Origin: Eremomyces bilateralis CBS 781.70
Lineage: Eukaryota
Assembly (NCBI GenBank): GCA_010015585.1
Contig: ML975152.1
DNA length: 64,000 nucleotides
Reading direction: 5' to 3' (one strand)
Made by a program: the position numbers and the translations under genes. Positions within the stretch are counted from its first letter, which is position 1. Every line of letters begins with the position of its first letter. Below the pieces are notes generated by a model. That model was not told where the DNA came from. It did not search any database and saw nothing but the letters and a program-made list of their open reading frames with translations. Below are positions 11,601-23,969 of the stretch, in pieces.

Positions 11601-13320
11601 CACGGTCAAGCTATGTGACGCTGAGTCGGGTACCACGCTGAAGACGCTCAAGGGCCATTCGCGTTCGGTCGTCGCCGTGGCCTTCTCGCCGGACGGCAAG
11701 ACACTAGCGTCGGCTTCAGGGGACCGTACGGTCAAGCTGTGGGGTGCCGGGTCGGGTGCCGCCCTGCAGACGCTCAAGGGCCATTCGCGTTCGGTCAGCG
11801 CCGTGGCCTTCTCGCCGGACGGCAAGACGCTGGCGTCGGCTTCGTGGGACCGCACGGTCAGGCTATGGGACGCCGGGTCGGGCGCCGCATTGCAGACTCT
11901 TAAGGGCCATTCGCGTTCGGTCCGTGCCGTAGCCTTCTCGCCGGACGGTAAGACGCTAACGTCGGCTTCGTGGGACCGCGCGGTCAAGCTGTGGGACGCC
12001 GGGTCGGGCGTCGCGTTACAGACGCTTAAGGGCTATTCGCGTTTGGTCAGCGCCGTGGCCTTCTCGCCGGACGGCAAGACGCTAGCGTCGGCTTCGGACG
12101 ACCGTACTGTTAGGCTGTGGGACGCCGGGTCGGGCGCCGCGCTACATACGCTCGAGGGCCATTCGGGCGGGGTCGATGCCGTTGCCTTCTCGCTGGACGG
12201 TAAGACGCTGGCGTCGGCTTCGGGCGACCGCACGGTTAAGCTATGGGACGCCGGGTCGGGCGCCGCACTGCAGACGCTCGAGGCCCATTCGGGCGGGGTC
12301 GCCGCTGTGGCCTTCTCGCCGGACGGTAAGACGCTGGCGTCGGCTTCGTGGGACCGCACGGTCAGGCTATGGGACGCCGAGTCGGGCGCCGCGCTCAAGG
12401 GCCATTCGCGTTCGGTCAGGGCCGTGGCCTTCTCGCCGGACGGCAAGACACTAGCGTCGGCTTCAGAGGACCGTACGGTCAAGCTGTGGGATACCGGGTC
12501 GGGCGCCGCGCTGCAGACGCTTAAGGGCCATTTAGACTGGGTCCACGCCGTGGCCTTCTCGCCGAACGATAAGACGCTGGCGTCGGCATCCGGGGACGGC
12601 ACGGTTAAGCTATGGGGCGTCGGGTCGGGCGCCGCACTACAGACACTCGACGGCCATTCGCGTTCGGTCAACGCTGTGGCCTTCTCGCCGGACGGTAAGA
12701 TGCTGGTGTCGGCTTCAGAGGACCATACGGTCAAGCTGTGGGATGCCGGGTCGGGGGCCGCGTTGCAGACACTTAAGGGCTATTCGAGTTCGGTCCGCGC
12801 CGTGGCCTTCTCGCCGGACGGTATGACGCTGGCGTCGGCTTCGGGCGACGGCACGGTCAAGCTATGTGACGCTGGGTCGGGTACCACGCTGCAGACGCTC
12901 AAGGGCCATTCGCGTTGGGTCAGCGCCGTGGCCTTCTCGCCGGACAATAAGACGCTGGTGTCGGCTTCGGGGGACGGCACGGTCAGGCTGTGGGACGCCG
13001 GGTCGGGCGCCGCGCTGCAGACGCTCGAGGTTGGCGCCGTCGTTAATACTCTGGCTGTCTCTAATGATGGTTCCTTTCTCCAGACTGACCGGGGATCCGT
13101 ACCAATTCCACCTTTCTCTTTGCCTTCAGATGCTAGAGCTATAGCTAGTTCACAGCTCCCGCCTTCCATTTTTGTCGATGACCAATGGGTAAGTCGCGGT
13201 ACCGAGCGGGTCCTTCGGCTCCCCCCGAAGCATCGGCCAAGCCATATTGCTGTTCATAGGGACACTGTTGCCTTCGGGTTCCAATCTGGAAGAGTTGCGA
13301 TGATGAAATTTGCTTTGTGA
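8656..13320 (+). CDS. NLR-like NACHT-WD40 protein (HET-E/NWD family, about 1519 aa) with an N-terminal amyloid-signalling-like motif
   Basis: Exons 8656-8755, 8815-10376 and 10423-13320. Walker A GLAGTGKST, Walker B VLVVDALDEC, FLTSRPE, HPSFRDFL, LLHWLEAL and FIHDAKRFVLY...APLQTYCSALAFAP, followed by 19 WD40 repeats. Confidence 0.93.
10645..13023 (+). repeat. Tandem array of 19 highly conserved 126-bp WD40 repeat units (two carry in-frame deletions of 6 and 9 bp)
   Basis: Unit consensus LKGHSxxVxAVAFSPDGKTLASASxDxTVKLWDAGSGAALQT, counted directly from the translation. Confidence 0.95.
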
Positions 13321-13699
13321 TATGCTCTGAAGCTTTTCTTCAATCTCCTTCACGCCCACCTCTTTTGCAAATGCTGTCTTTTCATACCGCGTGGAGAGCT
13401 CAGGTGGCGAGAACAATATTTAAATTAGGAACATAAAGGCTTTGAAATCAAATTGTGCCTTAAGGCGATAGCAACTCATGTTAGCAAAGCTGTCAGGACA
13501 CACGAGGGGTGGAACTAGGAAAGTAGCACACGAGTAGCATGCGAGTAGCTGGAGGGTATATTGTCCTTCAGACTTAGACTGATCCTTGGGGAATTAGGAA
13601 TAGTGGGGAGCGGTGAGTGCTATCCGTCGGACGATTCGAGGCTGCAATGGCCGGAAGAGGAAAGCCGGCCATTCTGGCGGTCGACCTACCATCGCAACA

Positions 13700-13930
13700 T
13701 TTACCTTTCGAATCCTCAGAGTTCCATTTCCTCGCATCTGCCTCCGTTTGGTCAACCCTTGCCATCATCAATGAAAATATTATGTAGCTGAGGGTCGCCA
13801 TGAGAAAGACCAGCTTTGGACAACTCATTGTAAGCATCCTTAATTGCATCCAGAGCTAGAGCTCGTTCTGCAGGGGAGAGCTCGTTTAGTGTTTTGCCCC
13901 TTGCTTTTGACATAACGATGCAAAGCAGAT
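13700..13930 (-). pseudogene. Fragment of a protein-kinase-like (APH/RIO/Bud32-type) gene
   Basis: CIVMSKARGKTL...AYNELSKAGLSHGDPQLHNIFIDDGKG contains the HGDxxxxN catalytic loop. It stops immediately afterwards, with no DFG and no N-lobe in frame. Confidence 0.5.
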
Positions 13931-16900
13931 TGTGGAGGGGATCGAGCCATGGTAGCAGATACAGTAACAGAGACAGGTGAAGACAAATGAGATGGAGTGG
14001 CGGAAGATACAGGAGCAGGTGTAGGGATCGCCATAGATACAGGAATTGATACGGTAACTGAGGTGTGTGCTTGTCGTAGGACATCAGCAAGTGTTTGAAC
14101 CGGGGGTTGAGGAGGAGGCTGGAATTGAGGGATAGAAGGCGGTACACACCGTTCAAAAGCTGATAGATCTCGACGAGTTAATGCCTCGTTCCTCCTCGAT
14201 GCACCTCTTGTTTAAGTACGAAGCGGCTCTAGGATATACTAATATGGCCTGGGAGATAGGCGTATTGACCGTCCTTGCACATGTTAATAGCGCCAATGAT
14301 GTCGTAAAGGTGATCCAGTCGTAACGTCGATCTAGATTTCATTACATATCGCAGTGTATGACATTATAGAAGACCGTTCATCTTCTCAAAGAGGCCAGAA
14401 TAAGGATACCCGCTACGAAGTTGACTCTGCTCCTTCTGGCGTAGCGGATCCTGTTGTCTAATTACAGCATTCAATTACCGGTGGCGAGAGGACATTATGA
14501 ATGCCGGGAGGTAGGAATGGCATTGACTCCAATCCGTGCTCGAATTTAACGCCGTGTTTAGAAGAAGCAATCTGCCTCCTGTACTTGTTATATTGGTTTG
14601 ATCTGTGAGAGAAGGAATAGATTAAAACGTTGAAGTTGTCCGAAGAAGATGATATAGGAAACTGGGCTAGGCCCAGTTGAGCGATTAATTTCCATCATTA
14701 TTAGCGCGGGAGGATAATCTCACGCCGCAGTCATCGATATGGTTCCGTACACGTGACTGAGAATGTAGGAAGAATGCAAAACCAGATACGATCTCTCCCT
14801 TTCATTTGTCTCGTTCCCCACATGGGCCTCGCTGAGAGGCCTGACGGGCGTATGAATCTCTCTCTCTCTTCATTTGTCTCGTCTGTAAGTCACCAGGCAA
14901 GTTTCAGAACAGCGTCAACATGTCTGTACCATTACCTGAATAGAGACCTCGTTAAGGCGATTCCATCAATATCCTGCCCATGCACACTTCGCTTGAGGAC
15001 GCATTGTTTTGGACTTTGAACGTCTCCCTGTTGATCACGCCGTTCGGTCTCCCAAATCCTGCCCGCTCGCCCCCAAAAGGATTGAAAAATCCCAGGACAT
15101 TAATAGACGACGGGTACCAGCGTATCCAACAGTCTTCAAACTTGGACCAAACGCACCCGGATGCTATTCGGCTGCTTGCAGAACCCATTACGAAGGCTCT
15201 CCGCTTTGCGAGACTAGCAATCACCAGAATACGATGTTACACAACGGTGCCATCCAGTCTTGTGGGTTCAGGCGAGCAGTCTCTCCGCTCAGTCCAGTGT
15301 CTTCTGCCAGCGATGAGGCAGAACCGCAGAATGTGGTTCATCCTATATTGTCAATGCAGAATCGACTGGCGAGGTGAGCCCCAAGATGATGTCCGGACCT
15401 CGAACGGGCCAACGAAGCGGCGAAGCATTCCATCAAAGGAGATTGCGGTAATGTACCACCATGGTGGTAAGACGGACAGTCCTCGGCTTGGTAATTATCC
15501 TTGCTGGCTGCCCTCCTTCTCAATAGGATCATGGCGGTGCTATGTTGTGCTATGCGATGTAGTAACCCGCGATATTTGATGCCGCTTAATTTTAGGTTAG
15601 TTCAAAGGCATTTCTCTTTTTTTTTCTATGCACAAAGATTCTTTTTCTGTGGTCGGGTTTGAGCCAGCCTGCAGGGCTTGGTCACTCCAAAGATTCCATT
15701 GCATGATTAAAAAGATCAAACGTCTCAGAACCAGGGTTTCAGAATTCAGATTTGTTATTTGAGCACAGAGCATCTCATTTTCGTCTGAAGAGCACGTCTT
15801 GCGAAAGGTGGTATTCGATATTGTTCTATCCTTGTCAAATCTCAGCATATGAATGGTGATTTGAGAACCTGGTTTTCTAAGTCTCAGTTCCGAAGTACCT
15901 CAACAGCTTGCCTATATGCTGTACTACATTATTGCTTCTGCAGCTAGCGATTGGAGTGCATATCCTAGGCGCCACTCGCTCCTTCGACAGGCCTGTCTAG
16001 TTTTGATGACTTCACATGGATTCGAACATCATCACTTCGTCTAGACATACGACATCGTTTAATGGGGTCCAACAAATTCCTTTGCACTGGATTCGCTACG
16101 GTAGCGCTGGAGCAAATGTTGACAGACGGTCACTCAAGATGTGCTCGAGCCACCGCCCGAGATGAGTTTTATTCACAACTGCTACCGTTTCCAGGATCCT
16201 CGCTGCAATGGCCTGTAGTGTATGCTCTGTGTGTCGTTCATATGGACCGGAATTCCAATTATTGAAGTGCAGATGGTACGAGTCCCCAGCATTATCTTTT
16301 TTACAGCCTTGTCATCGATCCCATGTTCAAGTCAAGTGAACCGCTATTGGTTGACGTTTCATCTCAAGTTCTTCCTCGAGCACGGGCTGCCTCCTCAATG
16401 CGCTGCCTGGTGAACGAGGAACGGGCAGTTAGCTTGACCATTCTTGTTGACAGTTGATTGCGTCTTTAAAAGAGTCTCTGCATCATTATGGTGCTTGTCG
16501 CCCGGTTACACAGATACCACCCTTTATAAAGGTAAATGTGCTCGTGCTGAGATATAGACCAATCGTGCCAGACTCCCGGACGAAGGTCCTATAAACGAGC
16601 TGTTTGATATTCATGGCCAGGCTTCTTCCTCGTCCTTGAAGTCAGACCCCGCCTCATCTGTTCTTTTTCTATTGATGTTTGGCGTTTCTTCGAGACATAG
16701 GAGGTCTCTAGCATGTCCGAAGCAGTCGTTTATATCAATCATTCGCTGTCCATTTCTTGTTTATTGTCGATATTTGAGCCAGTGGAGGTAACGAGAGTTC
16801 TCACATAAATCAAGTCTGGATACTCGCCGATCATACCCGTCTCAGGTCGATTTACACCAGCATCCTACTACGAACTATCGAACGAACATTGGAGAAAAAG

Positions 16901-17003
16901 GTGGACACTTCACATTGAACGAGCGCCTTTTCGTATCCGAGTCTGAGACGTGTGCCATTCACCATTCGGTGAAGAAGCGCTCCAGCTTCACTTCGCCGCT
17001 TCA

Positions 17004-19058
17004 ATGTCTATCCCAAACATGGACCCGCCGATGGCGGGAATTCACATTGAAAGAAATGGCTCCCGCACATCACTCACCCCACCTTCATCACTACAACACC
17101 CATATTTGAAAACCCAACAACCAACTTCGACCTCAGTTTCAGACCTGGGTGGCTTCGCCGAAAAATATCGATACGAATTGGACCGCGCGTTCAGTTTAGA
17201 ATCCTCACCGCAGCCAACCCTCCGGAACGGATCTAAATCCACCATCACTGCCCCAGTGAAAAATCATCGGAAGGGTCGCTTTATGTCGAAGCTACCGTCT
17301 CTTCAAATCAAGATACAGAATGAGTCCACGAGATTACATATTATATTCCTCGCCCTTTCCCTAGCCCTCTTCCTCGCTGCGCTCGACACAGTCCTCATCA
17401 CGACAGCACTGCCGACCATTTCTCGAGAGTTCCAGGTCCCCGATGCTGGCTTTGCCTGGGTGGGAAGTGTTTACCTCCTCGCCAATGCTGCAACCGTGCC
17501 GTTTTGGGGTAAGGTGAGTGACATATTCGGTCGCAAGCCGATTCTTCTCGTCGCGAACGCTGTTTTCCTGCTGGGAAGTATTATCAGTGGCGCCAGCAAC
17601 GGGATCGGTATGCTTATAGCCGGGAGGGCCATACAAGGCATGGGTGGCGGTGGCGTGGTAGTACTGGTAAATGTGTGTGTGAGCGATCTCTGGAGCGTAC
17701 GGTAAGTTCCCTGCGTACTTCACAGGCGTGCCCCTAATGAACGGCGTTGCTCATTTCGCACATGTCACCATTCTAACATTTGGGATTAGGGATCGCGGAC
17801 TATACCTGGGAATTGTCGGCGCGATTTGGGCGGTAGCCTCCGCTCTCGGGCCTGTTTTTGGGGGGATCTTTGCAGAACGTGTCAACTGGCGTTGGTGTTT
17901 CTGGATCAACTGTAAGTATTTCCCAAGACTGGAGTTGAAACATAAACCTGATTTATATGGCTAGTGCCTATCGATGGAGTTGCAATCATTTTGCTTCTGC
18001 TTTTCCTTGATGTTCATAACCCTCACACGCCGCTCATTCAGGGCCTCCTGTCAATCGACTATGCGGGCACCTTTACTGTTGCGACAGCCACGGTTTGCGT
18101 CATGCTGGGCCTACAATTCGGCGGTGTGACTTACCCGTGGTCATCTGTCCCGGTCATACTTCTTCTTGTCTTTGGGATTCTCACATTCGGATTGTTTATC
18201 TTCACCCAGTGGAAAATCTCCCCTTCTCCCACTATCCCATTACGGATATTCTCCAACCGCTCGAACTTCTCCGCCCTTGGCGTTTGCTTTTTCGATGCCA
18301 TCGTCTTTAACTCGGTGGCGTACTTCCTCCCCTTATACTTCCAACTCGTTCTCCGCCAAGGTCCTCTTGCGTCTGGGCTCCTCATGCTTTCTCTTGCGAT
18401 CCCGCTATCAGTCATATCCGCCGCATCTGGCTTCCTAATGCAGCGTACTGGTCGATACCTAGAACTTCTCCGTTCTGGAATGGCGCTGATGACTTTGGGC
18501 GTTGGACTATTCATATCCTTCCCTGGACACTTCGATTGGGCGAAAGTGATCGTCTTCCTGATTGTTGTTGGCATTGGGTTCGGTCCTAACTTTCACGCGC
18601 CATTGATTGCCTTGCATTCAAGATTGGAGGAGAGAGATATTGCGGCAGGGACAAGCACATTTGGGTTTGTCCGCATGTTAGCGGGAGCGATGGGCATCGT
18701 CCTCGGTCAAGTGCTCTTCGCTGGCCAAATGGGTAGACGGGCAATAACGCTGCTGATGTCTGAGGTGGGATTGAATCCCCTCGTTGTTAGCGATTTAACA
18801 AAAGGCTCTGCTATCACCCAGATCGAGGCAATCAAGAAGCTCGAGAGGCCTCAGCAAGACTTCGTGGCGAAACAGCTTGCTGGAAGCATGAGCATGATGT
18901 GGGTTCTTTACTGCGTTTTCAGTGCGGTCGGCTTGATCATTAGCTTCGGTATTGGTAAATACACGATGCAGAAAGAAAAGGACACGATCAGGTTGGGCGA
19001 GGGATCCAGTGCTGAAACAGTTGGCAAGACTGAGGGCAATGATGAAGAGAGTCGGTAA
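17004..19058 (+). CDS. MFS drug:H+ antiporter (DHA2, 14-TM type), 3 exons
   Basis: LFLAALDTVLITTALPTI, GKVSDIFGRK, GRAIQGMGGGG, WRWCFWIN|LP. Introns at about 17702-17789 and 17912-17965. Confidence 0.92.
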
Positions 19059-19736
19059 AAAAGTGGACGTGCCCTAGGCTCAGAGGCATGGTTTTGTTGC
19101 TGTTCGGTTCTGGAAGGCATTTCCCCTGATGTATAAAATTATGGCTGATGAACTTGGAATGAGGAACCTCTGGACTTGGGACGGACAGAAACTAAGGGAA
19201 CAGGTTGGAGTTGGAAGAATCACAAAACGGGGGCCTTGTTTCTTTGGTATGGGAAGCAAACACAAGGGCTGCAACCGTGCAATGTATATCGTAGTATACA
19301 TATCCTACCTGTATTTATGATAAGAGTGTCGTCTTTAGATGAAGCAAACCACAATTAACTTCGAAGAGCGATGGATATCTTACAACTCTCCCTTCCCTTG
19401 AATGCGCCTCGTTGATTGGCCACGTCCGAGTCTGGGGTACCAAGTATTAATAGGGTTCTGAGCTTGGAGCTGCATCACCAACGTCATCGTCCAACAACAA
19501 GAACCTGAAAAACATAGCGATCACTGGAATGCGACACACCCATCATGGTGCTCTGCTGTAGCAACAATCTCATTATTACGTAGCGTCCAACTCCCAGCCA
19601 GGAGCAAAGGATATTAACAAGGACCTCCCGTGAAAGTTCACACATTACTCGTAGCTCGAACCACACCTTCTACTCTTACACCAATACTCTATTGAGGAAA
19701 ACAGCACTCATATTCGACCACTAACTCTCAAGCACC

Positions 19737-20099
19737 ATGGCATCCATTCTCACGTCCATCAGTGACCTCATTGCTTCCATCTTTAAGGTTGTTGGCTCGA
19801 TCTTCAGCCAGGCACTCCACGCCGTCGAAGGCGTCTCCAGCATGGTGGTGCACTTCTTCACCGGGCTCCTTTCCATGGTCCAAGACGTGTTCGTCGGCTT
19901 GGCCAAAGCCGTGGGGGGCGTTGGAAACTTCGTCATTGGTATGACCCCTCTAGAACTCTTGTGTCGGAAACTGACAAGGATCGAACCAGGAAATGTCGTC
20001 GTTCTTAGTATCATCGCGGCAGGTGGATATCTGTTTTTGCAGTATCAGCAAGGGCAAGGGCAAGGCAGGGAGCCTATTGCGGCAAAGAAGAGACAGTGA
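19737..20099 (+). CDS. Small fungal membrane-associated hypothetical protein
   Basis: Amphipathic N-terminus, C-terminal hydrophobic helix and basic tail. In-frame 51-nt intron at 19939-19989 (GTATGA...CTGAC...CAG). Confidence 0.7.
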   Translation: MASILTSISDLIASIFKVVGSIFSQALHAVEGVSSMVVHFFTGLLSMVQDVFVGLAKAVGGVGNFVIGMTPLELLCRKLTRIEPGNVVVLSIIAAGGYLFLQYQQGQGQGREPIAAKKRQ

Positions 20100-20658
20100 G
20101 CGATGGACAGTCAGCTAGTTGTTTACCAGTCAGTTGCAGCGTGGTAGTTGGCACACGGATATCGGATATCGGATGAGAAGGAAAGGCGTAATCACTTCGG
20201 ACTGGAGATTCAATCTCGATACCCGGTTTTCTCGGACGTAATGAAATGAATGATACCTTGTTGGAGCCATGCTGGTGCAGAACGATATACTTTCAATAAA
20301 TATTCAGCCACTACCGCTTGCAAAGTCGCCAGGGAGTGACCGCAGCCGGAGGTGAATTCGCGGCTCTCTACAGTTTGACGTAGAAACGGTTCTGTTCAAA
20401 AGAGAATCAAATAGTATATACCCACACGAGGCTCGGATGTTCGACCTGATGGTTATGGTAAGGATAATTGTATCGCATGTTCGCCAAGGCTCCGCGTCTG
20501 TTCCCTTGAAGATGAGTTGCATTGAATCAGTAGAGGCCATACTGGGTTGGAAGAGTTTCCAGAACGCAAGTCACCATCTCCTGTCGCCCGGCCCCCTGCT
20601 CCGTCAGATGCGACATCTTCTCAATGATGAAAGGTGCCTGTATTGACTACATACAATT

Positions 20659-21583
20659 TTATAACTTGAAATGCCTTCCGTTGCTGAGCCTGGCACCTCC
20701 GTCCAAGGCAATGTCCTCGCCATTGATGTACGAGCCCGCCGGCGAGCACAAGAACACCGCCAAACCCGCAACGTCCTCCGGAACGCCCAATCGTCCGCGG
20801 GGGTTCTGTCGGTCCAACTCCTCCTGGCCGCCCAAAATATCAATCAGTCCGTTCGCAAGTTTGGACGGGAAGAATCCCGGCGCGATGGTGTTAGTCGTCA
20901 CATGTCGGCGGCCCAACTCCATGGCCAGATTTCTCGCCAGATGATGCGCGGCGGCCTTGGAGGCGCTGTACATGATCGTTCCGTTGTCGCCAACGTGCGG
21001 GACGTTGGACCCTGCCACGCTTGACATGACAATGATCCGGCTCGGGTCTTCCTGCGTCGCGTACTTGGTCAGGAGCGGCGTGTACAACCGCGCCAAGTTG
21101 AAAACGCCCCGCACATTCAGATCCAGCACTTTCTTGCTGCTCCAGTCCGGAGTAGGCTCGAAGGGACCACCCCATGTCGCGCCGGCGTTGGCGACAAGGA
21201 TGTCGAGTCCTTTATTCGGTCCGCAAACTTTCGCGATGATATCCTGGGTCGACTGGACAAGACGTTCGATGTCTTCCGTTTCGGCTACGTTGGCGGGGAT
21301 ACCCACGGCTTTTCCGACAATGTTCGGAAGGGCATTGAGCTTCTCGACGGCCTGATCGATGCCTTGTGGGCCGCCGGCCTTGCGGGCGGTGACGATGACA
21401 AGTTTCGCGCCGGCGAGGAGGAAGCCGGTTGCGCAGTGCAAGCCTAGGCCGCGGGAGCCTGTCATACCTTGGTCAGCTTCTGTCGGTCTTCAATTGTGTG
21501 CAGTAGATCCACATACCTCCAGTGACGATGGCGACCTTTCCATCGAGTCTGAAGAACTGGTTGAAACCCTTGAGTTCCGACAT
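20659..21583 (-). CDS. Short-chain dehydrogenase/reductase (RhlG/FabG-like)
   Basis: Exon 1 MSELKGFNQFFRLDGKVAIVTG, then G|SRGLG (TGxxxGxG), ANAG, YSASK (YxxxK), IAPGFFPS and DGG. Confidence 0.92.
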
Positions 21584-23969
21584 GGTGGTATGTGTCTGGT
21601 AGTTAAATGGGTTGTTTGTATCTACAACAACCAATGACGGGGCTCGTAGTCTGAAAAGCGTATGTTCTGCGAATGGGCTAAGGGGGGTGAAAGAAATACA
21701 CCCCTCGATCCTCTATATACTAAGGATAATGTTGGACTGGAGACCAGACCAAGCATCCTACCGGAGTTCATGTTTGGAGTTATTGAGCCTCTCCCTCGGA
21801 AGTCGGATGTTGAAAGCCAAAGCGGGGAGAAGTGGTTGTTGGGCGGAGGAGAAGTCTATCCAATGCTAGCTCGGCGGTTTTACCTAACAAACCCCGCCTC
21901 CTCAACCTCCAACCCAGATATTCTGAATCAGCCGGCGGAGCGGAGCGGAAAGTTGGGGTAGTTTTGACTTTTGAGGAGTATGGAGTCTTGGCAGAAAAGT
22001 TCTCGATGCCGATTGGTTGTTACGAGAATCCACCGAAACCCAAAATGGGTTTCTTGTACGTAAATTCTGGAGCGGGCGGACCAAACATTGGACCAGCATC
22101 ACCACTTCACCAGAAATCTTGAATTGACGACATTCATTCCAATTGTTCTTTTTGTTTTCTTCCTATCTGCGCCGTTTGTCAATCGAATCTTGTGGTTCGG
22201 CGTCAAGAGCCGTCTGCTTCGTGCTCAACCTGAACGAAACCCATTTTGGGCCTCAGCTGCATCCCCGGCCAGGTTGTGGCTGGTCCCAAAGCCCAGCTCC
22301 TTAGCTTCATCAGGAGACACAGCTGAATGCCTTCAATGCTATATTGCTATACCTACGGAGGTCCATTTCCAAAGTTATTGCTCGCCAAGAAAGGGGCTTG
22401 ATTATATAAGCCGTTCGAAAGCCGATAGCACGGGCAGTAGGGTGCCTAGCCAACGGGCGGGTACTACGCGCGGTAAATCGAATGCCCGGCGCCCTTGCCT
22501 CGAATTAGGCTCTATAAGACCTGAATTAAATGCCCAGTTGATAGGCAGTCCAGTGCCCGTGGCATAGGCTCTCGAAACTGCTTATATAATCACGCCACTT
22601 CCTTGGCGAGCAATAACTTTGGAAATGGACCTCCGTATACCTTCAGGAATATTCCTCATGGTTTCTAGATATCCTAACTCCTGGAGAGGATGACTCAAGG
22701 CCCGTCGATGGAGTTGGTTTATCATCCTTCCATATGAGATGTCGAGAAATGCTCCCCTGAGTTCGGTCACCCATTTCTGGGTCCTCCCTCTTAGTGAAGT
22801 ATTCTGTACTATTACATGTTTGTATCCTATACGTTATCGATTTCATTTCATTTTTAAACCAGTCTGGGTTCTCTCTCTGTCACTGTCATACATCTTTTTG
22901 GAGCACCAGCGTGGACAATGCGTGCGGTCTATGGAAACGAAACGCATATGCGACATGAGATTTGGACATGTTTATTCCTGTCAATGATTTGTGGGACACA
23001 TTTAATCGAGTTCTCCGAAGGTCTGGCAGGTATTTCCAATTAAATATTGCCAAGTCAACCATGGGTGCTCAGAGAACAGGCGCAGCACTACTCCAAGGGC
23101 CAAGCCGAACTCGGAGAGCCCTGGTGCTTCCTGGTGCTTCAGCAGAGGCCAATCCTAAGGCGTCACCCTCTGCTCCAGCAGACCAGCACCTTTGCATGAG
23201 AAATTCTCTGTTTCAAGGTTTCCGCGGCCGTTGGTTTGATCTTCGCGAACCAATCATCAAGCGAACGGTTTGTGCGGATGAAATTTTGCAGCTGATTGAA
23301 CTCAGGGGGGTTGGAATGGCTCCTACCTTCCATGGACCTAGCGTACAAGTCCGCATATCCTATTCTCCGCTGTCGAATCTAGATCCTCGGTGGGCATTGT
23401 TGCAGGAGCGCCGTTGATCGAGGAAGCAGGCAGGCCGAGCCCGTGGTGGACTGCAATCGATCCATGAAGGTTGGAGATGCGGTCATGCCTAGTTTGAACA
23501 CCAAAAGAGCTGCCGGAGAAACTCTCCGCGACTTCATACCCACCACGCCGATCTTCAACTTTCTCCAAAGTACTGGGTCGATGATGGTCATGATCAATGC
23601 AGACATATATCTTCGGCCAGGGATACACGAAAGAGAGGGCACCGCGAGCCTGACGCAATCCCTCTACTTTCATAGAGGTGGATTATACACTAACCCACTA
23701 GGCGAGAAGGAGCACACTGGTTACAGAGGCTCATATCCCGAAGGGGTTCAGGGTAGGTCATGTCGGGAACAGTTGGGGGATTTGAGTTCTGGAGAATTGC
23801 TTCAGGACTGTCAATTAAGTTCACTCTAGAATCTGGATGATCTAGCTGGCAACCCGGTGTTTACCGTTCAGCCAGGAGCCGGTTCATTCTCGTATTGTTG
23901 AATCATGAATGGCATCGGATTTCCTTAGTGTGGTCACAAGTTGGAGATCAATATCCTGCGAATCCCATC

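Noticed and set aside
10479..13169. Repetitive antisense and alternative-frame ORFs over the WD40 array; superficial CRISPR-like periodicity
   Set aside because: These are shadows of the GC-rich coding repeat. The units are contiguous 126-bp codon-phase repeats with no unique spacers, in a eukaryote.
14750..15850. ORFs downstream of the NLR as a possible HeLo/HELL effector
   Set aside because: No N-terminal hydrophobic HeLo helix and no C-terminal two-repeat motif in the frames I read. At most degenerate debris.
16950..21583. MFS efflux pump plus SDR as a secondary-metabolite cluster
   Set aside because: No PKS, NRPS, terpene synthase or other backbone gene in the window.
22088..23830. Several 100-160 aa ORFs; a weak transposase-C-terminus-like peptide at 22582-22770
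   Set aside because: No DDE motif, TIRs or coherent exon structure.
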